In this document: positions 47,285-56,838 of the stretch, piece by piece
Numbering within the stretch: the first letter of the stretch is position 1
Layout: every line of letters starts with the position of its first letter
NCBI GenBank assembly: GCA_938084905.1
Contig: CALKEQ010000001.1
Location: 106,974-170,973, forward strand
DNA from: an uncultured bacterium
Lineage (GTDB): Bacteria > Desulfobacterota > Syntrophorhabdia > Syntrophorhabdales > JANXAF01
DNA length: 64,000 nucleotides
Direction of reading: 5' to 3'
Translations under genes and position numbers: made by a program
The notes under the pieces: generated by a model
Database searches by the model: none
What the model was told of the DNA's origin: nothing
The model's input: only the letters and a program-made list of their open reading frames with translations

Positions 47285-47794
47285 ATGGAATATTCGGAGA
47301 TAGTACTTGACCACTTTAAAAACCCCAGAAATGTTGGTGTAATTGAAGATGCGGACGGAGTTGGGGAAGTCGGGAATCCCATATGCGGTGACATGATGAA
47401 GATAACAATAAAGGTGGAGGAGGACAGGATAAAGGATGTTAAGTTTGCGACTTTCGGTTGCGGTGCAGCAATAGCAGTATCGAGCATGGTCACAGAGATG
47501 GCAAAAGGCAAAACTCTCGAGGAGGCACTCAAGATCACAAACACAGATGTAGCTCAAGCACTCGGTGGACTACCAAAGAATAAGCTTCACTGCTCCAACC
47601 TTGGTGCTGAGGCTTTAAAAAAAGCGATAATAGATTACTACACCCGTAAAAAGGGCAAAGAGGGATACAGATCTGAGGTCTCATCTACAGAGTACATTGG
47701 AGAAAGAGAGGGAAAGTGTGTCTGCCCGTATTGCGAGCAGGAGATTCCAAAAAACATTCCTTATTGTTCAAAGTGCGGTAAGCTCATCAAATAG
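47285..47794 (+). CDS. iscU: Fe-S scaffold IscU/NifU-N with C-terminal zinc ribbon
   Basis: YSEIVLDHFKNPRNVG, NPICGD, FGCGAAIA, KLHCS; extra CPYC-x10-CSKC. Confidence 0.93.
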   Translation: MEYSEIVLDHFKNPRNVGVIEDADGVGEVGNPICGDMMKITIKVEEDRIKDVKFATFGCGAAIAVSSMVTEMAKGKTLEEALKITNTDVAQALGGLPKNKLHCSNLGAEALKKAIIDYYTRKKGKEGYRSEVSSTEYIGEREGKCVCPYCEQEIPKNIPYCSKCGKLIK

Positions 47795-47823
47795 TAATTC
47801 CAAAAATAAAAAAAGGAGCCAAA

Positions 47824-48993
47824 ATGAACGTTATCTACCTTGACCACATATCTGCCACACCTCTTCATCCCGAAGTGAAAAAGGCGATGATAGAGTACAT
47901 TGAAAATGACGGGTTTGGAAATCCTCTTGGCCAGCATCGAATAGGCGATAAAGCGAACGAACTTCTCGAAAGATCGAGAGAAAAGGTCGCAAACCTCATC
48001 GGCGCAAAACCAAAGGAAATAGTCTTCACCTCTGGCGGAACAGAGTCCACAAATCACGCAATAAAAGGAGTGGCATTCGCCTTACAGAAAAAGGGCAAAC
48101 ATATAATAACCTCGAATATTGAACATCAAGCGGTCTCCAGGCCTTTGAGGGCATTGATGAAAATGGGATTCAACGTGACCTCTGTAGGGGTCGACAGATA
48201 CGGAATGGTGGACCCGGAGGACGTACGAAGGGCTATAAGGGAAGACACCATTTTAATAACCATAATGCACGCCAACAACGAGATAGGAACAATAGAACCG
48301 ATATCTGATATAGGAAGGATGGCAAAAGAGAGAGGCATCGTCTTTCACACTGATGCTGTGGCCTCCTGTGGTAATATTCCCGTAAATGTTGATGAACTTA
48401 ACGTAGATCTTTTGAGTCTCTCCGCAAACCAGTTTTACGGACCGTCAGGCATTGGCGCTCTCTACATAAGGGAAAAAACTCCAATAGTTCCCATACTGGA
48501 TGGAGGGATCCAGGAGTTTGGGAGAAGGGCGGGAACGCAAAACATGATAGGGATAGTAGGTATGGCGAAGGCCGCAGAATTAGCTCTAATAGAGATGCCT
48601 GAAAGAATGAAGAGGCAAAGGGAATTGAAGAATCAAATGATGAAGAGGATTTTGGAAATAGAAGATGTCATAATAAACGGTCATCCTGAAAAAAGCTTAC
48701 CAGGTTTACTTTCCTGTTCTATCAATTATGTTGAAGGTGAATCTTTGATGCTTCTTTTGGATGAAGCTGGAATCTGCGTTTCCACAAAATCTGCATGCGC
48801 CTCCGGTTCTTTAAGAGCTTCCCACGTTCTCACTGCGATTGGCCTAGATTACGTGAGAGCCCAGGGGACTCTCATATTCTCCTTCGGACGAGATAACACA
48901 ATGGAGGATGTGGAAAAGACCGTTGAGGTGCTAAAGAAATCTGTGGAGTTTCTTAGAAACATGTCTCCACTGTACAAAAAAAGGACAAGTTAA
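47824..48993 (+). CDS. iscS: IscS/NifS-like protein, predicted catalytically impaired desulfurase
   Basis: FTSGGTE, HANNEIG, SACASG (Cys325); SANQFYGP replaces SAHKFYGP. Confidence 0.88.
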   Translation: MNVIYLDHISATPLHPEVKKAMIEYIENDGFGNPLGQHRIGDKANELLERSREKVANLIGAKPKEIVFTSGGTESTNHAIKGVAFALQKKGKHIITSNIEHQAVSRPLRALMKMGFNVTSVGVDRYGMVDPEDVRRAIREDTILITIMHANNEIGTIEPISDIGRMAKERGIVFHTDAVASCGNIPVNVDELNVDLLSLSANQFYGPSGIGALYIREKTPIVPILDGGIQEFGRRAGTQNMIGIVGMAKAAELALIEMPERMKRQRELKNQMMKRILEIEDVIINGHPEKSLPGLLSCSINYVEGESLMLLLDEAGICVSTKSACASGSLRASHVLTAIGLDYVRAQGTLIFSFGRDNTMEDVEKTVEVLKKSVEFLRNMSPLYKKRTS

Positions 48994-48994
48994 C

Positions 48995-49456
48995 TCATCC
49001 TATTTCCAAGATCTGGTAAACTTTTTCACCTCCTGGCGCGGAAAACCTCACCTCCTCTCCCACGCTTTTTCCTATAAGTGCCCTTCCAAGAGGGGATGTA
49101 ATCGATATCTTTCCCTGTTTTACATCAGACTCGAATGGACCTACGATCTTGTAAAGAAATACCTCGTCAGTCTCTAAGTTTTTCAGTTTCACCATCGATC
49201 CAAATGTACAGACAGACAGAGAGCCATCATGTTCCACTATCTCTGAGTTTTCAAGCATCTTCTCAATCTCTGCAATTCTCTTCTGAAGGAATTGATACTC
49301 CTCTTTAGCCGCATCGTATTCCGCATTTTCAGAGATATCGCCATGGGCCCTTGCCTCCTCAATTGCTTTGAGGAGTTCAGGTCTTTTCTTTGCGATAAGG
49401 TATTCCCTTTCCTTCTTTAACCTTTCATACCCTTCCTTTGTAATTGGAATCTTCAT
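48995..49456 (-). CDS. greA: transcription elongation factor GreA
   Basis: ARAHGDISENAEYDAAK, ISITSPLGRAL; start at ATG 49456. Confidence 0.96.
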   Translation of the reverse strand: MKIPITKEGYERLKKEREYLIAKKRPELLKAIEEARAHGDISENAEYDAAKEEYQFLQKRIAEIEKMLENSEIVEHDGSLSVCTFGSMVKLKNLETDEVFLYKIVGPFESDVKQGKISITSPLGRALIGKSVGEEVRFSAPGGEKVYQILEIG

Positions 49457-49492
49457 ACCCACCTCTCTTTGAAAAAAGAGTGATTGTGGTTT

Positions 49493-49521
49493 ATTATATT
49501 GGAAACGGCGGATTAAAGCAA
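49493..49521 (-). promoter_or_regulatory. sigma70 promoter for greA
   Basis: Minus strand TTGCTT-N17-TATAAT. Confidence 0.7.
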
Positions 49522-49555
49522 ATGAAAACAAAGGCCCACTCGGTTTGGAGTAAAA

Positions 49556-49777
49556 ATGAAATTCGAAGACGGTTTAAGGAGGCTTGAAGAGATAGTTAAG
49601 TCCCTCGAGGAAGGAAGTCTCAGTCTGGATGAGGCACTCAATCTTTTCAAAGAAGGGATAAACTTGACGAATGAACTATCCAGGCGGCTGGAGGAGGTGG
49701 AGAGGAAGGTAGAAATTCTCATAAAAAAGGAAAACGGTTGTATAGAACCTGTGCCTTACTTAGAGGAAGAGGAATGA
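49556..49777 (+). CDS. xseB: exodeoxyribonuclease VII small subunit
   Basis: FEDGLRRLEEIV..LE...LSLDEAL..FKEG. Confidence 0.94.
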   Translation: MKFEDGLRRLEEIVKSLEEGSLSLDEALNLFKEGINLTNELSRRLEEVERKVEILIKKENGCIEPVPYLEEEE

Positions 49778-50661
49778 TAGACCTTAACGCCTATCTAAAT
49801 GAGAAAAGGATTTTGATAGAGAACGCTCTAAGGGAAATATTCATCTCTCTTAAGGACGTCCCCGGAATCTTAAAAGATTCAATGGAGTACATGCTCTTCT
49901 CAAATGGAAAGAAAATAAGGCCTATTTTAGCACTGGCAACATGTGAATCCCTTGGAAAGCCAGTTGACAATCTCCTCCCATTTGCGTGTGCAATAGAGAT
50001 GATCCACACTTACTCCCTCATCCACGATGACCTTCCGAGTATGGATAATGACGACTTCAGGAGGGGGAAACCAACGTGTCACAGGGTCTTTGGTGAGGCA
50101 ATCGCCATCCTTACCGGAGATGCCCTTCTAACTGAAGCTTTCAGGATCATGAGCGATAGCCGCTACACAGAAGGGGTTAGTCCAAGGATTGTAAAAAAGA
50201 TAATCTTCGAGATAGCGAAAGCTGCTGGTGCAGAAGGGATGGTTGCAGGGCAGGCGATGGATATTATGTACGATGGCCGCGAAGGGTCTAAAAGCATAGT
50301 CGACTATATACACACACATAAAACTTGCGCCCTCATTAGGGCTTCGGTCAGAGTTGGAGCAATAATGGGAGGGGCAAAAAAAAGGGAACTTGCGGCTCTG
50401 ACCAGATACGGAGAATGTGTTGGCCTTGCCTTTCAGATTGTGGATGATGTCCTTGACATCGAGGGGGACGAAGAGATAGTCGGCAAAAAACTGAAAAAGG
50501 ATAGAACAAAACAGACCTACGTTAAGCATTACGGCTTAGCCACATCCAAGCTGAAAGTGGAGAAACTCGTAGAAGAGGCAGAAAAATGCGTTCAGTTTCT
50601 TGGAGAGAAGGCAGAGCTGCTTAAAGGACTCGCCTCCTATATTGGAAGCAGGAATTTTTAA
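49774..50661 (+). CDS. ispA: geranyltranstransferase / farnesyl diphosphate synthase
   Basis: GKKIRP, SLIHDDLPSMDNDDFRRGKPT, FQIVDD; start at ATG 49774. Confidence 0.95.
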   Translation: MIDLNAYLNEKRILIENALREIFISLKDVPGILKDSMEYMLFSNGKKIRPILALATCESLGKPVDNLLPFACAIEMIHTYSLIHDDLPSMDNDDFRRGKPTCHRVFGEAIAILTGDALLTEAFRIMSDSRYTEGVSPRIVKKIIFEIAKAAGAEGMVAGQAMDIMYDGREGSKSIVDYIHTHKTCALIRASVRVGAIMGGAKKRELAALTRYGECVGLAFQIVDDVLDIEGDEEIVGKKLKKDRTKQTYVKHYGLATSKLKVEKLVEEAEKCVQFLGEKAELLKGLASYIGSRNF

Positions 50662-52526
50662 TGTACCTGGAAAAGGTCGAATACCCATCTGACCTAAAGA
50701 AGTTCACAGTAAATGAGCTCAATCACCTCTGTTCGGAAATAAGGGACCTTATAATAAGGACTGTTTCTCAAACAGGCGGCCACCTCTCTTCTAGTCTGGG
50801 AGTTGTTGAACTTACCGTGGCAATACATTACGTTTTTGACGCACCAAAGGATAAAATCATCTGGGATGTTGGCCACCAGTGCTACGCCCACAAGATTCTT
50901 ACAGGTAGAAAGGAGAGATTTAGAACCTTAAGACAGGATGGAGGTCTAAGCGGATTCCCCTCAAGGGAGGAGTCTATATACGATACGTTTAACACCGGTC
51001 ATGCGAGCAATTCAATTTCCATAGCTTGCGGTTTTGCAGAAGCGAAAAAAAGACTGAACTCTGATGAAAAGATTCTCGCAATCATAGGAGATGGCGCATT
51101 GTGCGGTGGGATGGCATTCGAGGCTTTAAATCATGCGGGACATGCGAAAAGCGATATAATCGTGATCCTCAATGATAATGAGATGTCAATTTCGAGAAGT
51201 ATAGGAGCCCTCTCATCTTATCTGAACAGGATAATGACGGGAGAATTCGTATCAAAGGCTAGGGAAAGGGTCAAGTCACTGATCAAAAATATCCCTGCAT
51301 TTGGTCCAAAATTTTACAAAATAGCAAAGTACATTGAGGAGGTCACAAAAGGTCTTATAGTCCCTGGTATTTTTTTTGAAGAACTTGGATTTAAGTACGT
51401 AGGTCCAATTGATGGACACAATCTTCAAGCGCTCATAGATACTTTGAAGAATGTCAAAAAACTTAAAGGACCTATACTCCTCCACGTCATTACGAAGAAG
51501 GGGAAGGGGTACACTTTTTCAGAAATGGATCCCGAGAGATTTCATGGGGTTTCAGAATTTGATACTGTTACTGGAGAGCCTAAAAAGGAGAGTAAGCCTA
51601 CCTACACAGACGTTTTTGGATCCACTTTACTCACCCTTGCCGAAAGAGATGAAAAAATAGTCGCCATAACTGCGGCGATGAGTTTGGGTACTGGACTGAG
51701 CCGTTTTGCAAAAGCTTTTCCTGATAGGTTTTTCGACATAGGTATCGCTGAGGAACACGCCGTCACCTTTGCGGCTGCCCTTTCTCTTACGGGTTTCAAA
51801 CCCTTTGTGGCCATCTACTCGACCTTTCTCCAGAGGGCTTACGATCAGATCCTTATAGATGTTTGTCTGCAGAGGATTCCTATATGTCTTTGCCTTGACA
51901 GGGGTGGAATTGTTGGCCAAGACGGTCCAACCCATCAGGGGGTTTTCGACCTTTCTTATCTGAGACATATGCCAAACATGGTCCTCATGGCCCCTAAGGA
52001 CGAGAACGAGCTAAGAAATATGTTATTTTCCGCATACTCATATGGAAGCCCAGTGGCTATTCGTTACCCAAAAGGTGAGGTAGTGGGAGTTAAAATGGAC
52101 GAGAATTTTAGCCTGATACCACTTGGTAAGTGGGAGATTTTAAAGGATGGAAAGGACGTTTTTATAATTGGTTGCGGAACAATGGTAAATGAGGCTTATC
52201 TTGCCGCTTACGAACTGGATAGGGAAGGGATAAGCTGTGGTGTTGTAAACGGGAGGTTCATAAAGCCTGTCGATTACGAGATGCTCAAAGAGATCGGAGG
52301 AAGATGCAAAAGAATCCTTACAGTCGAAGAGAACTCGATCGTTGGAGGATTTGGTGCAGCTGTCATGGAAGCTCTATCAGATTTGGATATTATTATCCCA
52401 GTGAAAAGACTTGGTGTTCCCGACACCTTCCTCTCCCACGGTACCCAACTCACACTTAGGCGAAAGCTTGGACTAACAAGTGAGGGGATATACAATTTTG
52501 TACGGGAATGGATAAAAAAAGAATAG
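50661..52526 (+). CDS. dxs: 1-deoxy-D-xylulose-5-phosphate synthase
   Basis: GGHL, WDVGHQ, GDGA, LNDNEMSI, IYSTFLQRAYDQ, DGPTH. Confidence 0.98.
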   Translation: MYLEKVEYPSDLKKFTVNELNHLCSEIRDLIIRTVSQTGGHLSSSLGVVELTVAIHYVFDAPKDKIIWDVGHQCYAHKILTGRKERFRTLRQDGGLSGFPSREESIYDTFNTGHASNSISIACGFAEAKKRLNSDEKILAIIGDGALCGGMAFEALNHAGHAKSDIIVILNDNEMSISRSIGALSSYLNRIMTGEFVSKARERVKSLIKNIPAFGPKFYKIAKYIEEVTKGLIVPGIFFEELGFKYVGPIDGHNLQALIDTLKNVKKLKGPILLHVITKKGKGYTFSEMDPERFHGVSEFDTVTGEPKKESKPTYTDVFGSTLLTLAERDEKIVAITAAMSLGTGLSRFAKAFPDRFFDIGIAEEHAVTFAAALSLTGFKPFVAIYSTFLQRAYDQILIDVCLQRIPICLCLDRGGIVGQDGPTHQGVFDLSYLRHMPNMVLMAPKDENELRNMLFSAYSYGSPVAIRYPKGEVVGVKMDENFSLIPLGKWEILKDGKDVFIIGCGTMVNEAYLAAYELDREGISCGVVNGRFIKPVDYEMLKEIGGRCKRILTVEENSIVGGFGAAVMEALSDLDIIIPVKRLGVPDTFLSHGTQLTLRRKLGLTSEGIYNFVREWIKKE

Positions 52527-53239
52527 ACTTCCTTCTTTTTGAGAAGGGTTTAGCACCATCCAGGGAAAAAGCAAGGATAATGGTTCTTGCCGGTGAGGTC
52601 TACGTTTCGGGTGAAAGGGTGACTAAGCCTGACAGAAAGTTTCCGGAAAATGTGGAAATTGAAGTCAGGCACAATCCTGTCCCTTACGTTAGTTTTGGAG
52701 GTGTTAAGTTAGAGAAGGCGATAAAGACTTTTGGTATCGAGGTTCAGGGTAAAAAGGCTGTAGATGTAGGCGCATCAAAGGGTGGATTTACCGACTGTCT
52801 TTTGAGATTTGGGGCCTCACATGTTTATGCAGTGGATGTTGGAAAAAATCAACTCGACTACTCCCTGAGAAAGGACCCAAGGGTGACAGTTTTGGAGGGA
52901 TTCAATGCCCGGTATCTCTCGCCGAACGTATTCGGTGAACAACTTGATTTAGCCACAGTAGATGTTTCGTTTATATCTTTAAAAAAGATTCTGCCAAGCG
53001 TCGTCCAACTCATAAAACCGGGTGGGCTTATTATAACTCTTGTTAAACCCCAGTTTGAGGTTGGCAGATACGAAGTTGGAAAGGGAGGGATAGTCAGGAA
53101 CAAGGAGAAGATAAGAAAAGTATTGGAGGACATAAAAGCCTTTGGGAGTACACTAAACATAAGCCCTATAGGTGAAACTGAAGCTCCAAAAGAGAGAGAA
53201 AAAAAGAACACGGAGTATTTCATCCTTTGGGGGAAATAA
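52508..53239 (+). CDS. tlyA: TlyA-family rRNA 2'-O-methyltransferase
   Basis: S4 domain, DVGASKGGFTD, DVSFISL, LVKPQFE. Confidence 0.95.
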   Translation: MDKKRIDFLLFEKGLAPSREKARIMVLAGEVYVSGERVTKPDRKFPENVEIEVRHNPVPYVSFGGVKLEKAIKTFGIEVQGKKAVDVGASKGGFTDCLLRFGASHVYAVDVGKNQLDYSLRKDPRVTVLEGFNARYLSPNVFGEQLDLATVDVSFISLKKILPSVVQLIKPGGLIITLVKPQFEVGRYEVGKGGIVRNKEKIRKVLEDIKAFGSTLNISPIGETEAPKEREKKNTEYFILWGK

Positions 53240-53757
53240 AAGAGAGTAGACCTGTTCTGTACTTTGCAAGCATAATATACTCATCTCAAGAAGCATTCAA
53301 GATGGCGAAGGAAAAACTGTGCGAACTCCTAGGGGATGTGGAAGATCTAACAGATGAGATGCCTTTCACACATACCGACTACTATTGTCAGGAGATGGGA
53401 GAAAATCTCAAACGGAGGTTCATACTATTTGGGTGTTTGAGAAGAAGAGACGAATTGCCAGAGGTAAAACTAAGAACAAATAAGATAGAGAAGGAGCTTT
53501 CACTTTCTGGCAGAAGAACGGCCAATATAGACCCGGGCTACATATCACTTGAAAACGTAATATTAGCCACAACTAAAAATTACACTCACAGAATATACAT
53601 TGGAAGCGGAATATTTGGTGACCTTACACTGATTTTCAAGAATGGCACATTTAGGCCCCTTGAATGGACATACCCAGACTATAGGAGTGAACATGTTGTG
53701 ACGATTTTTAACAGATGGAGAGGGTTACTAAAAGGGAAGCTTAAAGCGGGAGTTTAA
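53227..53757 (+). CDS. DUF4416-family protein
   Basis: TDYY..EMG, NIDPGY, LATTKNYTHRIY, WTYPDY. Confidence 0.8.
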   Translation: MGEIKESRPVLYFASIIYSSQEAFKMAKEKLCELLGDVEDLTDEMPFTHTDYYCQEMGENLKRRFILFGCLRRRDELPEVKLRTNKIEKELSLSGRRTANIDPGYISLENVILATTKNYTHRIYIGSGIFGDLTLIFKNGTFRPLEWTYPDYRSEHVVTIFNRWRGLLKGKLKAGV

Positions 53758-53758
53758 A

Positions 53759-54622
53759 ATGTTGAGGAGTATGACTGGATTTTCAAAAATAGAAAAGGAA
53801 TTTGAGGAGGGTAAGATCTACGGAGAGGCAAGGTCACTGAACAACAGATACCTGGAACTTAATATAAAGGTCCAGAAGACTGACTACTTACTTGAGCAGA
53901 GGATGCGCGAAATTGCAAAGAAGTACTTAAAGAGAGGAAGAGTCGATGTATCACTAAAGTGGGAAAGGCCTGAGAACTCTTATCCGGTTCTTAAGATAAA
54001 CGAGAACACTGTCTCCCAATACTTGAGTCTGGCTGAAAAAATGAGGGAAAAATTTGGAATTAGAGGTACCCTCACCGTTGAAACTCTCCTTTCACTTAAG
54101 GATACGATCCTCTATGAAGAGCAAACTCCTCTTCAAAGTGAGAGGCTTCTTGAAGCCTTTGAAGAACTTCTTATAGGGCTCGATGCGGATCGGAGAAGAG
54201 AGGGAAAATTAATAGAGGAAGAGCTCGAAAAGGGCCTAAACAAACTGGAAAGAATGGTTGAAGAGATCGAGTCCCACCTCCCCCTTGCAATTTCCGATTA
54301 CGAAAAGAGACTGAAAAGTAAACTGAGCGAATTTGTTGGGTGTGTAAATGAAGAGAGAATACTTGAAGAGATGGTATTTTACATGGAGAAGTGTAACATG
54401 GCTGAGGAGATTTCAAGACTTAGAGGCCACATAGAAAACTTCAGAAACTCAATGAAGGGAGAAGGAGGGGTAGGTAGAAAGCTCGACTTCATCATTCAGG
54501 AAATGATAAGAGAAGCTAATACAATCGGGAGTAAATCTCCTGATTACTATATAAGTGAAAGGGTGATAAGCATAAAGGTGGAGATAGAAAAAATGAGGGA
54601 GCAGGTACAGAATGTGGAGTAA
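53759..54622 (+). CDS. yicC: YicC/YloC-family endoribonuclease
   Basis: [40 protein letters not shown]. Confidence 0.95.
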   Translation: MLRSMTGFSKIEKEFEEGKIYGEARSLNNRYLELNIKVQKTDYLLEQRMREIAKKYLKRGRVDVSLKWERPENSYPVLKINENTVSQYLSLAEKMREKFGIRGTLTVETLLSLKDTILYEEQTPLQSERLLEAFEELLIGLDADRRREGKLIEEELEKGLNKLERMVEEIESHLPLAISDYEKRLKSKLSEFVGCVNEERILEEMVFYMEKCNMAEEISRLRGHIENFRNSMKGEGGVGRKLDFIIQEMIREANTIGSKSPDYYISERVISIKVEIEKMREQVQNVE

Positions 54623-55187
54623 GGGGTCCATCTTTATCCTCTCAGGACCTTCAGGTGCAGGGAAAACGACAATTCTCAATCTCTTTCTAAGGGAAGACAG
54701 GAATTCCAGATTCTCAGTTTCCTACACCACAAGGAAAAAAAGACCGGGTGAGGTGGAAGGGATAGACTACCACTTTGTTTCAAGGGAGAAATTTGAAGAT
54801 TTGGTAGCCAAAGGTTTCTTTCTTGAATGGGAAGAAGTTCACGGGGAGTTTTACGGTACGCCAAGGGATGAGATTTTTGAATATGTGGAAAAAGGCATAG
54901 ATGTTTTTCTTGATGTGGATGTAAAAGGAGCTTTAAAGCTTAAGGGGATCGTACCATGGGCCGTTCTCATCTTCATAGAACCACCAAGCCGTGAGGAACT
55001 CTTAAAAAGGTTAAAAGCGAGAGGGGAAGAGGAGATAGAGAAAAGGCTTGAAAGGATTAACTCAGAACTTGAAGCAAAAACTCTTTTTGATTATGTTATT
55101 AGAAATGAATCTCTTGACGAAGCTCTCCAGAGATTTAAAAAAATAGTAGAGGAGGTGAGGAGATCCCATGGCAAGGATAACAGTTGA
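54612..55187 (+). CDS. gmk: guanylate kinase
   Basis: [27 protein letters not shown]. Confidence 0.97.
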   Translation: MWSKGSIFILSGPSGAGKTTILNLFLREDRNSRFSVSYTTRKKRPGEVEGIDYHFVSREKFEDLVAKGFFLEWEEVHGEFYGTPRDEIFEYVEKGIDVFLDVDVKGALKLKGIVPWAVLIFIEPPSREELLKRLKARGEEEIEKRLERINSELEAKTLFDYVIRNESLDEALQRFKKIVEEVRRSHGKDNS

Positions 55188-55407
55188 AGACTGTATGAAG
55201 CACGTTGAAAACCGCTTCGAGCTCGTACATCTGGCAGTAAGGAGGGCTAAACAGCTACTCAAGGGAGAAAAACCATTGGTAAAAACGGAGAACAAGGAGA
55301 TAGTTACAGCTCTTAGGGAAATCGCCGAGGGATTAGTTTACTTTGAGAAAAAGGAACTTCCCCAGAAGACTGAGGAGCGGTACCAGATTTCCAGTTTTAC
55401 CCCTTAG
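55168..55407 (+). CDS. rpoZ: RNA polymerase omega subunit
   Basis: [24 protein letters not shown]. Confidence 0.97.
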   Translation: MARITVEDCMKHVENRFELVHLAVRRAKQLLKGEKPLVKTENKEIVTALREIAEGLVYFEKKELPQKTEERYQISSFTP

Positions 55408-55419
55408 CTAAGTAGAATC

Positions 55420-55752
55420 TTACCTTTTTCCCTTTTGCAGCTTCCCGATTTCTATCCCAAAGGTTGTGTACCTAACTTTTATTCTATCGCCAGGCGATAT
55501 ATCTCTAATATCTTTGTATCCCTTAAGATTTGCATTTGTAGTATCTAGGGTCACGCTCCCTCTCCAATTTTTTACAGTCATCAAGTTTGATTCTGGATCC
55601 ACTGAACTCACAATTCCGTAAAAGTACAAGCCCCTTTGTACCTTCTCTTTGATTATAGCCTTCTTCCCCTTCTCAGCGGGAAAAGCTGAACCCAAAGGAA
55701 TTAAAGAAAGAACTAAAGTCACTGAAAGAAGGAAAAGGAAAATCCTTCTCAT
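55420..55752 (-). CDS. small exported beta-barrel (OB-fold-like) hypothetical protein
   Basis: Signal peptide; GIVSSVD...TV, DISPGDRIKVRY; GGAGG SD. Confidence 0.7.
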   Translation of the reverse strand: MRRIFLFLLSVTLVLSLIPLGSAFPAEKGKKAIIKEKVQRGLYFYGIVSSVDPESNLMTVKNWRGSVTLDTTNANLKGYKDIRDISPGDRIKVRYTTFGIEIGKLQKGKR

Positions 55753-55882
55753 TTGAACCGCCTCCTTTCTTTTCCTTTAGTGTTAGAAATTTTTTTTTAC
55801 CTGTCAAGAAAATTTCAGGCCCTTCCAAGTTCTATAGAATTTTTTTTTGGCCTGTGTTAAAGTGATCCTGAAAGGAGGGAGA

Positions 55883-56359
55883 ATGGAGATACTAAACGCA
55901 TCAGATCTACTAAACTTTGCAATTAGGATAGAAGAGTTTGGTGAGCTATTTTACAGCAAGGCTGCTTTATCAGTTGGGGATAAAGAGGCCGCTTCAATGC
56001 TTCACAGGCTCGCAGATGAAGAGGCAAGACACAGGGATATCTTCAAGGAAATGCTAAATAAATGGGGAGATCAAAGACCTCCAGAGAGTTATCCTGGAGA
56101 GTACATGAGGTACCTACGGAGCTTTATCGATGGGAAGGTTGTCTTTCAGGAGGGGTTAGAAAAGACGGTGATTCACGATCTTTCTGACACAAAATCCGTA
56201 CTAGACTTTGCCATTCAGAGGGAGCTCGATTCCATTTTGTTTTACCACGAATTGGGTGCCTTTATTTCCCAGTCCCAAAGGAAGGTAATAGATGAAGTTA
56301 TTTCTGAAGAAAGGAAACACATTGTGCTCCTCTCAAGATTAAGGGAGAAGTTCATTTAG
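55883..56359 (+). CDS. rubrerythrin/ferritin-like di-iron protein
   Basis: AIRIEE..FY, LADEEARH, AIQRE..ILFY, EERKH; start at ATG 55883. Confidence 0.9.
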   Translation: MEILNASDLLNFAIRIEEFGELFYSKAALSVGDKEAASMLHRLADEEARHRDIFKEMLNKWGDQRPPESYPGEYMRYLRSFIDGKVVFQEGLEKTVIHDLSDTKSVLDFAIQRELDSILFYHELGAFISQSQRKVIDEVISEERKHIVLLSRLREKFI

Positions 56360-56838
56360 CCTCCCTTTTCCCCTCTTATCTTCATTATTATCTCCGATGT
56401 GGAGTGTCTTTTTTCATCACCAACTATTGCGATCCTGCCTCCGTACGAGAGAACAACCTCCCTTTCTGGAACACTCTCCTCTGTGTAATCGGTTCCTTTA
56501 GCGTGAATATGAGGCTTAAGTAACCTTAAAAGATTTTCAACTGAAGTTTCAGAAAAAAGCGTGACATAGTCAACGTATCTTATGGAAGCCAAAATCTCCG
56601 CTCTTTCTAAATCCGGAGTTACAACCTCAGTTCTTTTTTTAAGGGCCATTGCAGAACTGTCGTCATTTATCGCCACAATTAGCACGTCGCCTAGTGCCTT
56701 TGCAGCCTTGAGATAACGTATATGGCCTACGTGAATTATGTCGAAGCACCCATTCCCCAAGACGATTACTTTTCCCTTTTCCTTTTCTTCTTCAACGATT
56801 CTTTTCAGCTCCTTGTGATCAAGTACTATTCTTCCCAT
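56356..56838 (-). CDS. rfaE2: D-glycero-beta-D-manno-heptose 1-phosphate adenylyltransferase (RfaE domain II / HldC)
   Basis: NGCFDIIHVGH, KGTDY, STS. Confidence 0.9.
   Translation of the reverse strand: MGRIVLDHKELKRIVEEEKEKGKVIVLGNGCFDIIHVGHIRYLKAAKALGDVLIVAINDDSSAMALKKRTEVVTPDLERAEILASIRYVDYVTLFSETSVENLLRLLKPHIHAKGTDYTEESVPEREVVLSYGGRIAIVGDEKRHSTSEIIMKIRGEKGG

Noticed and set aside
53759-55407. Absence of remA/DUF370 between yicC and gmk
   Set aside because: Simple gene-order variation; yicC and gmk overlap with no remnant, so no further signal.
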